NCBI GenBank assembly: GCA_965285935.1
Contig: OZ260665.1
Location: 21,142,001 to 21,206,000 of the forward strand
Length of the DNA: 64,000 nucleotides
Reading direction: 5' to 3'
Source of the DNA: Ophelia neglecta
Lineage: Eukaryota
Part shown: positions 51,466-64,000 of the stretch, in pieces
Numbering within the stretch: the first letter of the stretch is position 1
Layout: every line of letters starts with the position of its first letter
Position numbers and translations under genes: made by a program
The notes under the pieces: model-generated
What the model saw: the letters and a program-made list of their open reading frames with translations, nothing else
Told to the model about the DNA's origin: nothing
The model's database searches: none

Positions 51466-54400
51466 ATGGTAAGTGATATCTATGTTTTATTTTCAAATGT
51501 TTTTAATGATCATCATCCTACCAATGGCACCAAACACATGTTTTAACACTTGTTATTATTGATTCATACATTCAACGAGGTCCAATGTCGTCGGCCGGCC
51601 CATGGTTGTGTAGACGTAAGTAACTTTTTAACCATGATTGCGTTGTTATGAAGCATGCTCAGTCACTACAAAGTGCAATATCATTACCGACTACGGCTAA
51701 TATCTCCATTTTACGACCATATAGAACATGGGACCGGGCGACCAAAATAAATTGATGGGCAGGTCCATATTGGCTCGCCTTTCTGGCGTTATCAGCTGAC
51801 ACACCAATGTAATCAGACAGCGGTCATTGACATAAACTACAATAACTGCACTTAATTGGATGTCTGTGTCTTGATTTACGGTTGCAGGCAGTCATCCAGA
51901 CTCCACCAGGCCGATTTGTCCCCAGGTTTCGTATCAAAAGTAGTCGGCGGTCAGACGCGATAAATTCCATATCATCATATTAACCTTATAATCACTCTTA
52001 TATAATGCATTTACATAGAAGTAACATTCATCTATTTCAACACCACACTGCCTTATATAGCGGGCATCTTGACTAAGGCATTACTTTTGAATTTCCAGTA
52101 GCCTTAAATCTGTCCTAAATCAAACGAATGGAACATTTATATCAGCAATGCAATATGTCATATCGTCTTTTAATGCACTGTGCAACATGGACACCAATAT
52201 ATTAATACGCCATTTGAATCGACGTGCCCGCGAACTGAGCCCGATAGAACGGATTGCAAAATTCACAGAATGGCGGCAAGTCGTGCAAGGAAATATCACA
52301 AGTTCCACATACGTAGCCATGTCGTCAACAGACGCAGTTATCTCGGTTTGACCGAAGAGTTTGTCTCGAATTATCCAATCATCCCTCCAAAATGTTTGAT
52401 TTATATTGGCAGTAGCACATGAATTGTTGGAACGCTTGTAAGCATATCTGTGTTCACCGGAAAACAGTATCGAAGACACCAATAACAGCTCTCCAGATGT
52501 TACGAAACTCTGTGCCGCGCTCAGAGAATAAAAGATAACAATACTTAGTTTGTCTATTTAATTTAAATGTGTATTGTCTATGTTCGTGCGATATTAAATT
52601 TTAACACTTCTCTTATGACAGTTTAGTTTTCCCTGTACTCAACCTGTACTTGCTTCAGCGTCGAATCGTCAAGGCAATCGAGTTATCTTGTAGGTCCCAT
52701 TACCATTTGAAAGGGCATGGGAGTTTCGTGTTATGATAAGAAATATACAGTAATGTGGACGGAAATGTAAATATCTTATATGTTGACACTAAAGCTTAAA
52801 TATCGTAGGTTATCTAGTTATCATTGACGGTTCCTGCATGGGATGATCATTTTACGTTTTTGGAATTGCCAATAAGTTATGGCACCACAGACGACTTACT
52901 TAAAATAAAATAATTAATGGTTGATCCAAGGCATCTCAGACACACTTGATATGCAGAATGATTATTGAAACAATCAACATGCATATGCATTTGGCGATTA
53001 TGATGCTATCACAACGACAAAATCAACACTAAATCCTGAATAAGGATTCCTGCTCTCATTCCCTCCTATGAAAATGTCCGATGCACGCCAGAGAAGAACC
53101 CTGCTGCAAACGCGTACATTGGCCACTTGTAATATTGCTCAAATGCTAAAGCACTCCAACCGACGGTTTTTAGATAACAATTTGCTTGAAAGTAGTTCAC
53201 CCAGGAGCAAGCCAAGAGATTTTGAAACGGAAATGGCAGAGGCTGTGCTAAGGCAGAACGTAAAAGATAAAAAAGCACACTTGCAAAAGTCAAATAGGGG
53301 AAATTTCACAACTTATACATTTATACATCTGAATCCGTAATACGGCAAGCACCTACCTACCACACCATGTTAGCAGTTAAAAGCGGCATTTGCAGGAAAC
53401 ATAGCAACCGGACGCTAAAATGATGTTTTATGTCCTAGGCAGGGGGATCTTCTCATGTCTTGTCTCGTGTCTGGTCGCAAATATGATCATGGCTGATGAA
53501 ACAAGTGCTATTTCTCTATAATACAATGAAATACAACCCGATTTCCGTCCATTACACTATTCCTGACAGCATAACACTAATAAACAACAGTCAAATTAAA
53601 AACCAAATGGGTCATGCACATACCGCATCAAAAAACCCTATATTCAATTTCTCTCCGTAAACAAGTAATTAAGGTACGAAGGGGGTTTGTTTAACGGCGA
53701 AGGCGGCATTAATAGCAAAGTAACCGTGTCCATGTTGCCGGCGAACTAAACAAACACAATCCAACCCTAATAAAAAAAATACAATACAAAAACGAGTATA
53801 AAGGGGGTCAGTCAGGCTGCACTTGGGAGTTTGATCTTCTGACGACAATAGCGATTAATCTTCAACTCGAAAGCAGCCTGGACGAAAAGATGGAAATAAG
53901 AACCCAATTTTGAAATAGAAACATTTTTCACCAAATTGCCTTTAAATATTGATTAACGACGCCTGATTATCATATCACTTTATTACCTAGCAGTAGTTTG
54001 AAAGATTTGCAGATGGATATCTGTATATTAATAAATATTATCAATGTGCGACTCCAATTGCCATTGTCTGCATTTCATTTGGTAAATGAAGAATGTTATC
54101 AACTGTGGAGCAGGCTATAAGGTTGACGCCAGCAGAAATAGTGTTTAGAAAATTCCACTGCTTATGGCTTTAGCATGGCTCGGCAATAGATTTTGCATGT
54201 GTATAGGTCTTAAATAGGCAGTTAGCATACTTAACGCGAAAAAAAGCATTTGAAAGATATAAGCTGCTGATGCACGACAAGAAAAAAGATCGACTTGTCC
54301 CCGGTGAAGCGGATAAGATACTAGAATGATATGGCCTCCTCCTGTATTGGTAGGCACTACAGCGTTATATTGTGCATGGGGGAGACATTGAATAGATGTG

Positions 54401-57400
54401 TATAACCAAAGATACCATTACTGCATCAATTCCCCAATCACCATGTGGATCATTACTAAGCAATCTTTTACCATGCATACACAACGCACCGAGGAGGAAA
54501 CTGATATTATAGTTAACAAAGCACACATGTATGTCTATATGAATTACACAAACGTCGATTGTAATGGCATAGCCAAACGTGCATTTTAATTGTTAAGTAT
54601 TGACAATACGATGGGATGAGAAATATTTTATGCGTTTCCTACCCATGTAAACGGGAATGCATACCCGTCATTCAAGGCAACATATTTGATTAATAATAGC
54701 CAGGTAAATCGGCCCGGAACCATCAGGAACTATAGATATTCCATTTGCTAATTTTGCATGCTATAATTCACATGAGTCCAGTGTTAACTAGATGCATATT
54801 TAGTTACCTCATTAATTAATACATAGCGCTTATAACCATGTCCATGACTTGGTTAATTGGCCTTTTTTAGAACTGTTCATTTCAAGTGATAGTATGTTAT
54901 TAACAACAACTGATAAACCATTTCTGTTTATCGAGAAGATTTTGGTTTATTAATTTTTAAAACATTGGTATAACCTAGGACCCGATAAAAGTTGAGTAAT
55001 AGCACTACAATTACATAGAATATAGTAGCTTTCACATTTTTCCGCTTTTTTATTCTTTGCCTATAAGGTTTAGTGGTTTACAACACGTTGCAAATCGGCA
55101 TTGATATAAACAAACAACCAAAGTTGTTACCCAGTGCCTATTGGTATGCAGTAGCGCATTCACAATGTATCATTTCAGGGCAGCAGCTTGTAAGCCCAAG
55201 GTCAACCAATAACAATAGGGCGCATCTAAAATGAAGGCATCCATGAAATATTAATAGATGCAAACAGTTTTACCCTAGACGTGACTTTAAAGCATGCACT
55301 GATGTTTTGTATAACTAGCACCCAGCGTTAATAATCCGGAGTGGAGGCTTACAAGCCAAAGCAAATCCTTACTCGAGAATACTTCCTTTAATCGGTCAAA
55401 ATCATCTGGAACCGTCAACTACAGTTTATACTCTCTGTTTAATTTATACGCGTCTAGTCATGAATAAGCATGTCATGAATACATTATAATATATTATCTT
55501 GAATTAATTACATATTTTAATTATTTATTTACGAGGATCGTTTTTTCTTTTACATCAAAACGGGATTCCATCTTCTCCTTTCGATGTTTTTGCGTGCTAA
55601 TACGCATGTGTCATATTATAAAGTCTTGCACGTTCCGTTCGCTTTCCTGCACATAGGTTGACTAGCTGGTTGACCTTATGTCAAAAGATATCTATTGATT
55701 GGAAATTTGAATTGTCTATTTAAGGGCCAACTATTTCACTATTTTCTCTGAATTTGAATATATATGACCCAAGTTTACACCGACAAATAATAAGGTCATC
55801 AGATTGTTTTCATCTTAAACACAATTGTTGCCTTAAAAATACGCAAGCTCATATTTCCTTTTGAAAACCGTTAGGCTTTTTTTTACTTTGTGCACGAGTT
55901 AAAAGTTTTATTAATGAACAAGCACTAAATTTATGTTCTTTCGGCCTTTAGTGCATTTATCACGAACCATACTACACGAAAACGCTAGCCGCCCAGAAAC
56001 CAGCTTGATTCTTTATTCTGTGATCGTAAACTAAAAAACTAAAAGCTGGTTTGGTGAAGTTATTTTTTCCTGTCAGAATATTTTTGGAATAAAATAAGGT
56101 TCTTATAACACCAAAGGCCATTGGTTGACGTGATTTCCTGTAAAAGGATGCTCGAAAACCAATGACAAGTTCTTAATAATATATTTGTCATGCATTTCAG
56201 TTCAATATCGTACTGCATTAACCAAAAACCAATCTTTTTAGACATCAACTTGCAAAATAACTTTTTCTTTCTGTGATTCCATATCTACAAGATCAATTGT
56301 TGACATGATCCTACAACAAGAAAAACTTGAATTTCAACATCGCAGGAGAAAATAGTGTTAAATACATACATGTATGTACCGCAGCCTTGGAATGCTTTGT
56401 TGACACGTATATAAGCGGAGGCTCTGATCAGTTGAACAGTATATTGAAGTGTTTCAAACAGGGATATTTATAATCTTGTTAATGTGTATTCATGTTTATC
56501 ATAACAGTGTTTTTATTCAATAATGCACAATATCAAATGTTTTAAACTAGTCTTAAAGTCCTTCTAACTAAATAAATGTGATATTAACTTCTAATAGCTT
56601 CTGAGCCGACATCCCTACTTTTTTCTTTGATGCAGCTGAACGTCTGATTTCCCCCCCCCCCCCCCCCCCACTTATAAGCAGTCTCCTTGCGCTCTGAAGA
56701 TAATGAGGCATGCCTGGCGGAAATCCTGGAATCTGCCTGCTCCGTTTTTCTTTCAATTTGAATAATAATACGTCGACTATGCAGTATCATGTCCGAGCAA
56801 CTGTAGGCCCAATAAAAAGTTCGATATCAGCATAATACCTGCATAATATATAGTATTTATTTAAGAGCACACATTGCCAAAAATAATATCAAACCCTAAT
56901 GAACTGATTTAGATTTTTACATCCTATCTCTCTCAAAACGAGTCCTCTACCATATGTAGGGTATTTTAGTACTACCACAGGTATACACAAATGTTTCTTT
57001 TAATAAGTAGTCCACCTGGAATTCGAATAATAAAAACAGGATATTCATAAAACATAGCAAAATCGTTGATCAAAAATAGTCATTTGATCACAAAGTACAT
57101 GTTTTCAAATATCAAGTACAACTTGGCAATGCTGTGGTAGCAAAGGTCCATATCGATATCCAGAAGGAACGCAATATGGATACACAGATGTTAATTGAAC
57201 AGTCTGAAATAGCCAGATACATTTATCTTTATGGATGCTTGTTCTTGTTTTTGTTTATTAGCTTGTTCTTGGTATGTTGGAAACTATAATGAAGTGGATC
57301 TGAGTCCGAAACTTTGTTCCCCAACATGTACCACAAAAAAACGAGTCTAAAACATGTCCGGATTAACGGTCGTTACGGCACCGACTAGCAGGCAGTAAAC

Positions 57401-57929
57401 TGGGTTTTATTCAGCGATGACACGTCGTACTGCTTTACTGCGTGCATTTATCTTGTGAACTTCCAGTAATTGGACTCAGTCAAGGAGAGATGAATAATTT
57501 GTGTGGCTGTATCGGAAAACACCAACGGCTACAAAACTGGCGTTAGTTTGTGGAATGGACGCATCAAACACTACAGCATCTATTTTGAACGTTCCTCCAT
57601 GCGAAAGCATTTTCTTATTAGCTTATATCGATTCCTCCACGACATTTTTGTTATTATCACAGTGATCAGTTAGAATGATCCAAGTTTAGATGCATTTGTA
57701 ATAAGTGCACCATCATTCTACCTTTAGAAATGTGATACAATTCCGCAACATCATTGATTGCTTACTCAGGGAAAGAAATATCTACTCAAGTATTAAGCAA
57801 ATAATTGTTGTAATTAAATGAATTAGATTTGGTTGTCGTTATTAATTCCTTCTAAGACGAAGGATTTGTGTTTTCTTAAAATTTTGCCGCATGCGATGTA
57901 GTACGTTTTGACTTAAAATGGACCCTATC

Positions 57930-58015
57930 GTAAAGACCACCTCTATTATCAAACCACCTTTCAATTGAAACCACTACTATGAAGACCAAGTAATCACCTT
58001 CACTGTAAAACAACC
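57930..58015. mobile_element. Degenerate fragment of family A MITE
   Basis: 'taaagaccacctctattatcaaaccacct...ccactactatgaagacca' matches the family A interior; TIRs are lost. Confidence 0.6.
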
Positions 58016-59289
58016 GTGTAGAGTATTTTTAATTTTTGGTTTGTCAAGTATCATCAAATCGTATTTTATTGCGTGTTTTGTCCCCACAACGGGCCCAATG
58101 TTCCATACACAGCACCTTGGAAACCATTGATGCGTTAGTTTATAGCTTGGTTCACTCCATTGCGGAATCCTTCAAAACCATTAACTGTTAGCATTGGAAG
58201 ACTTTAGAGATAAACGAATCTACATATTTTTTATCAAGTAACCCCTGAATAAATTGGGCATTAATATTGCAATGCAAATTGATGAACAAACTACAAATCA
58301 ATTACACCATGAATACACTATACCCAGACACAGTGTTTGACCTCCTACTCGATAGTAGAACGATACCCTATTTAAAAATGGACACATATATTATCAATGC
58401 GGCCCCGCAAGCTATCCTGGGCGAAAACAATTTTGCTTTTATTACGCAAGGGTGAATGGATTGCATAAGTGAAATATAGATGATTAAAGCCTATGATAAA
58501 CTGTCAACGCGTATGCCATAGAAAACCATTGTCTATGTCATTGGAACAATAATGAAGGCCCTTTCCATGAGGCTTGGGTGTTAACCAAGTTTTGCATTCA
58601 AATATGTCATGCTGATATATGCTTTTAAAATATGCTTTATAACCTATGTAATTGGCAAAAACAACCAAAGAAACGACATGACTGATAAAGATGAAGATAA
58701 ATGTATAAAAACATTCCTATTCATTCGGGATATATGTAGAAGAAAAACAATTAGCCTCACACGGCCTGGACTGTGGCGGATATCTACAATTAGCAAGATT
58801 TCCATACTCTGTAAACGAAAACCTCCATCGCCCGTTCCACCGGGGGGGGGGAGTTTAGATTTGTATTGCTCACATTTCAATGAATTCGGTTTAACATCTC
58901 GACTATGACTCCTGTTTGCTGTCCATAATTTCTTATTTGTCATTCACAAATCTTCAAGCGTCTTATCAGGAATATATAGCAGAACAACATTGTTATCGCT
59001 ATTCCAGTATGAGTAGACATGAAACATTCGACGTGTATGTTTTTGTGCTTTTTCTACTTTTCACATGGAGCTAATGCAGTTTTACTAAAGGGGCTGCGCC
59101 AGAATAGTCTCTACCAACCCAACTACATATAAATATTTCCAGCTTAATTGTTTGCAGTCTGAATTAAAGGCTTTGAATGTTTTGCTACTCCCCGAAACAA
59201 AAAAATAGAGCAAAAATGGAGCAAGTTGTTGTTAAGACCCAAAAAGAGAATATTCAGTCTTTCCAAGAAGCAGAGAAAGTATTTTTGGG

Positions 59290-60030
59290 ATTACCCATTC
59301 AATAATCACTCAATATTAAGTAGACCCTCAATTTCACGAACAGTCTTACCAGACGCAATTCAGTTGTGGTCATCGGCATAGAACATAAGCGGACATTTTA
59401 CATAGATCCAGCAATGTTCACTCAGTCTGGAATATTGATTATATCAACGACACTAGAAGAACAGTCCGCGACACGTGTAGGCTACTCAGTACGGTTTTAA
59501 AGTAGAATACATTCATAACATTGTTTAAACCATTTAACACAGGCGAATTTACTTTGAACATAATGTAAGTGTTCAAGTCAACAATGATATAAGTTTCCTA
59601 GCTGAGCGGTGACTCTAAAGACATGAGCACCTTCTCCAGATTAACATAAAAAGTTGTAATTCTTGGATGATCAGTAAACTACAGCCACAACTTGATTCTG
59701 ACTGTTTGGAAGTAGAACGTCTAGCCAGACACCTTCTATGTCTAGGGCCTCAGGGTCCGTTCCTCCGGTGAATGATAGGTCCTGACTTCTATAGAGACAA
59801 GCACAACCTCCCCGGCCATTTTAATCTTGCACTGACCGCAGCGAAAATCCACGCCACCAAAATTGATCACTACTTTTAAAATGTATTTCGATATAGTCCA
59901 ATTGCCTACATTATAAGCTTTATTAAATATCGCAAATTGAACGAATATCGATGGTTGGTCAACAGCTCTCATTGCTGGTGGCAAATTATCCGGTTCGGAG
60001 TCCCAGTTTGGCAAGAATAATATACTATGA
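59290..60030 (-). mobile_element. Decayed CR1/L2-group LINE: endonuclease remnant fused to an RT YADD fragment
   Basis: Minus strand reads 'NGRGGCACLYRSQDLSF...DIEGVWLDVLLPNS', 'PTRVADCSSSVVDII' (about 59484-59440), then 'LMFYADD...SGKTVREIEGLLNIE' (about 59390-59310). Confidence 0.75.
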
Positions 60031-60559
60031 ATTTAGCAATTATCATAACTAATCAAGACAACGTATGCAACCAAGTATGTTTGGTTTACAAGATACATTT
60101 CTTATGTACAAAGAATGATTCTCGCAAACCTCATAGAAGCAAACTTTGGCCGCGGTTTTAATAGCACGAGCTTTCCCTTCTTTGACAGATGTCGATGGCG
60201 TGCACGAGAATCCAACATAGACCATGATGAAATGGGTATTGGCTTTTCGAAATCTAAGCAGCACCTGATTTGTCAAACACACGTGTTACTGTGAGAACGG
60301 GAACGGATACTAAGCAGACAAGGCCAAGTCATTTGTCAAGGATTGTTTACTAAATCGGTCCGGAATCACCAGGTAAACAACCATAATTCCCAACTCACAA
60401 AAAGTAAATAAATTTGGAAACAATAAATCAATATAGTATTATCTTCGATATAGTTAGGTTACAATGAAAAGGAAGCAGAGTGAATATTCGATACAAATGG
60501 ATTGATCCATTGCACAACAATCTTCCTAAGTTGCGTATTTAGTTTCTTGCCTTTAGATG

Positions 60560-62090
60560 TGTCAGGCGTGTCTGTGTGCTAACTAGTAGCTTTCTCTAGT
60601 TTCTTAAGAGTTAAGTTGGCATCTAGGTATTCACCGAGGTCCCTGAATTGACATTGCTGCTGAACCTCTGTATTACCTATTGTGATGGCACTGTCAGATG
60701 GAGCATATTATCGTCTTTCAGCTTTAGGACGTTCTGGCTCAACCCTGATCGGATGACTTTAATGCCGAGTACCATGTTATTCCACTGAGTGGAGATATTA
60801 CTTGGTTGGAATGTCAAATACAATTGAATGTCATTAGCGTGTAGAATGAAATTTGAGCTGTGACTGCGGACATGTCTCCCAGGTTCAATGTGTAGACAGT
60901 GAAAAGCAGTTTACGGATACTGGGCCCCGGGGCACAACACAAACCAAGTCTGATGAAGTAGCAATGATGCCATCCGATTCACGACCTAGCTCCTATCACT
61001 AAGATAAGATTCACACAAGGCAACAGCACTACCCGTTATTCGATTTGGTGTTTTAAATGCTGCACTAAGCGACTGTGATCAATAGTATCGAAAGCTGCAG
61101 ACATATCTAACTGCACCAGAAACAATGATTCCTTCTTATCAAGAGATAGGAGAAGACCATTTTAAGCGCGGAGTCATAACGAGTCAACAAACCTGTGCTG
61201 CCTATATGCTCACTGGCAAACTTTATTCAAGCCGTTTCTGTCAATATATTCTCACAATCGTTTTGCCACTAACTTCTTCACTATTTTTGATACAAAGGTT
61301 GGGTTTGATACAGGCCTATAATTCTTCATGCTGTACTGAGGTAGTTTTGCCTTCTTGATAATAGGGATTACAAAAGCCTTCTTCTGACTGGTTGGTAAGC
61401 ATCTATTTGACCATAGGGAGTTATTGACAATCCGTGGGTGATGACTATCATTTTACGCATCTCCTTCATAGTTGCTGGATAAAAGGAGAGAATAGCACCA
61501 AGATATTTCAATTCTGCTTATTCTGATCTGATAGTGGAATTGCTCTGATTTACTTCGATCTCGAACAGCGTATTTCGGTTTTCCTTCTATGAGTTAATTT
61601 TTCCATTATTGTATTTTTGTTTTTCATTTTATATTATCGTACAAATCGCCATAACTGATAAGCGATCCGCCCCAAGATTTGTTTTGGTTTAACGACGTTG
61701 TAACTGCCTGCGTTTCCGTTTTGCCAGTTTATTGGGGCCATTAAACCATGAGCTTTGTGGGCGGAGAAATTTAGTTCGAGTCTCAGCAGTTGTGTATTTA
61801 TCAAGGACAGTTTCATTTGAGGTGCTTTAGCAGTCAACAAGTGCTGACAGGTCGCCTGGTGGGTCGACTATTAGTGGTGAGCTGCCAATGTCTGGACGGA
61901 AGTCATTTGAGTCGATGGAATGAAGGTTGCGGTTAATTACGGTTTTCTGAATCCTCCCTGGTCTATTTACAGACTGACTTAAGTGAAAAGGCCGTGTGGT
62001 CTGAGAGACTAGCGCCATCCACAGAAGGTGACTGGACCAATCGTCGACCTGAATGTGTGATGACCAAGAAATAAATGTCGTGAATCTAAA
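60560..62090 (-). mobile_element. Decayed L2-clade LINE ORF2 (endonuclease end plus reverse transcriptase), with many stops and frameshifts
   Basis: Collinear minus-strand motifs: 'LSDH', 'RNLHSIDSNDFRPDI..PPGDLSALVD', 'AFVIPIIKK..NYRPVSN.TFVSKIV', 'LVQLDMSAAFDTIDH' (LDMS..DH at about 61110-61075), 'ESYLSDR', 'VPRG..LLFTVY', 'HANDIQLYLTF' (YADD-like), 'RDLGEYLDANLT'. Confidence 0.92.
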
Positions 62091-64000
62091 ATTGCGACAT
62101 TCACAATACACGCTGCAAATCAATTCTTAAGTAAAAAAAAGGAAGGACAGATTACAAACTCTGTTTTACTCTTATCAGGCGGTAGGATCTCAGTTTAGAT
62201 AGAAAACATGCTCGAAGCTAGACGGATTAGTAGCACTAGATGAAAAATTTAATTGGTATTCGCTTGACTGAAGGCTTTACAATAAATGCCAGGACGGTGT
62301 CTTTAAATGGCTTGGCATGGATGAATGAAGTGTAAGATGTCACATATGAACACATGTCAACTAAAATGTTCAATAGTTAGCGACAGTTATTATGAAGCTA
62401 ACCACAACTCGGGTTGATCAATAAGGGACAAAATAGCCAATGTGAATGCCCAGCCTATGAATAATTTGATTTATCTGTCGGCCATATCGGAGGGCATAAT
62501 GCATACCAATAACTCTTGGTATGTGTGTATATGAAGCAAAGGCACTAACCATATAATTTTCCGCCTGCCTGGGGCTTATCTTTGGATTGCCGAATAATTA
62601 GTGCCCATGAAATTTACATCCGAGGTACTCTAATATGACTGATAATATTAAAAAATAATTTATATGCACATTTACATCAATCGTCATCTCCAAACGAAAT
62701 AATAATAAACATCATATTTAGTGGATAACGCTGTTACTGTGCTTCCGTGTGATTAGCTGAAGATGTCTAAATCATACATAACATCTATACTTTAGTCGTG
62801 ACAAGGCTGATAGGCTTGAACTAGGCTGACAGGATCTTGGGTATTTAAATGTTCAGCTCTTTCAGTACATATCTTTAAATATCGTCCAATAATGTAGACT
62901 TATGTAAGCTTACCGTAAATGTTAAATCTTAAATGAATGTCCTGATGTACCGTCACGTGATTTTTCCAAGGTTGACCCGACCCATTTTCGGGTTGTCCTG
63001 AGCGCACGTGCGTGGAGTGCAAGTTGGTCTGTCTGTAATAATCCCCAAACATGGTGATCCACATCTTAAAAAAGGGCATGGGTCAGCCAAGAACACCTAT
63101 TGCGAGTATCTTCACGCCATAACTATGGTAATGCAAGGGTTGACCACTTTTTGCAGTCTTCAACTGCAAGTTCTTGTTAAGCAAAAGGCTGGTTTTCTTG
63201 TTAAGAAAATCACCTAGGAACAGATCTGTTCAGCTCTTGATATAGGCAAATGCTCTGACCAAACCGATCGAAAGAGAATACGGTTTTGTAGAGCAACATT
63301 TGTACACTTTGCATTGTTCTGATCCAGTACTTTTGCTAAGAAAAAACACTGGTTTTTAATAATTCCAAACGCAGGGCCTGTCGTAAATATTTTTCAAGAG
63401 GGTATTCACAAAATGGAATGAAATTAAAAGAAATCTAATTGAAAGATCGTTTTGCCAAATGTCTTCAATTCAGCGTTTAAATGGTAAAATAAATGAAACC
63501 TGTGGCAACTTATTTGTTTTTACAGTCAATCTTACTCTAAAATATTTTTCTTCGTTATTTACGAAAATAAAACTTGGAGTGGGATTTTGGAGTAGAAGTA
63601 ACAGTACAAATGTTTAATACATAAACGATCTTTTAGAAATCCATGCTTCAATGCATCAATACAGACACTGACATGATAATTACAATCAATTTATTCTTAT
63701 ACTCTTAATGGAAGTTATAACTATTTTACATTTTTACTTGATAACATATTGTTGACGACGCAATATAACGTACAAGCTGAGTACCCAATAAATAACGTAA
63801 TAAAATGGTGGGTTTAGAAGTTCAGGCTTACGGCCAATAGTCTCAAGACCTGGCCAATAGCTTTTAAAGACTCGTTTATGAGATAACAATCAAATCGACT
63901 CAGTGGCTTATAGACATCACAATGAGTCAAAATGTTATGTGCAATATATCGAGATTCGATTGAAACAGCAATAAAGCGGCTTCTTGTTTTAAAGTGTTTA

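Noticed and set aside
52120-52482. Overlapping ORFs on both strands
   Set aside because: No recognisable domain or splice structure; consistent with chance or an unrecognised decayed TE.
53835-53880. Hammerhead-like CUGANGA...GAAA
   Set aside because: Stem II cannot form; other CTGANGA hits I inspected also lacked the required helices.

Overview
This is AT-rich eukaryotic DNA, most likely from a lophotrochozoan and probably a mollusc (inferred from the SINE type and receptor family). It is not prokaryotic: no operons, CRISPR arrays, rRNA or intact tRNA genes were seen. The only convincing host coding sequence is the first coding exon (18259->17624, minus strand) of a class A neuropeptide GPCR of the GnRH-receptor superfamily, most like AKH/ACP receptors. 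The exon covers the N-terminus to TM4 and ends at a phase-0 GT donor after '...SAPQ'. I found no downstream exon, so 1-17623 is probably one large intron, and 18260-64000 is 5' flank, UTR intron or intergenic DNA. The rest is layered transposon debris: about ten CAGT/TA Tc1-mariner/pogo-type MITE copies (one nested inside another, with the empty site visible nearby), three GG-terminated MITEs with 8-bp target-site duplications (TSDs) and TTAGGG tracts, a Harbinger-type MITE, a full-length tRNA-derived SINE with a 15-bp TSD plus a truncated copy, several decayed LINEs, a probable pogo transposase fossil, a 45-bp minisatellite and an old unclassified repeat. Nearly all other ORFs in the track look spurious. 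I see no well-supported novel multi-gene system.
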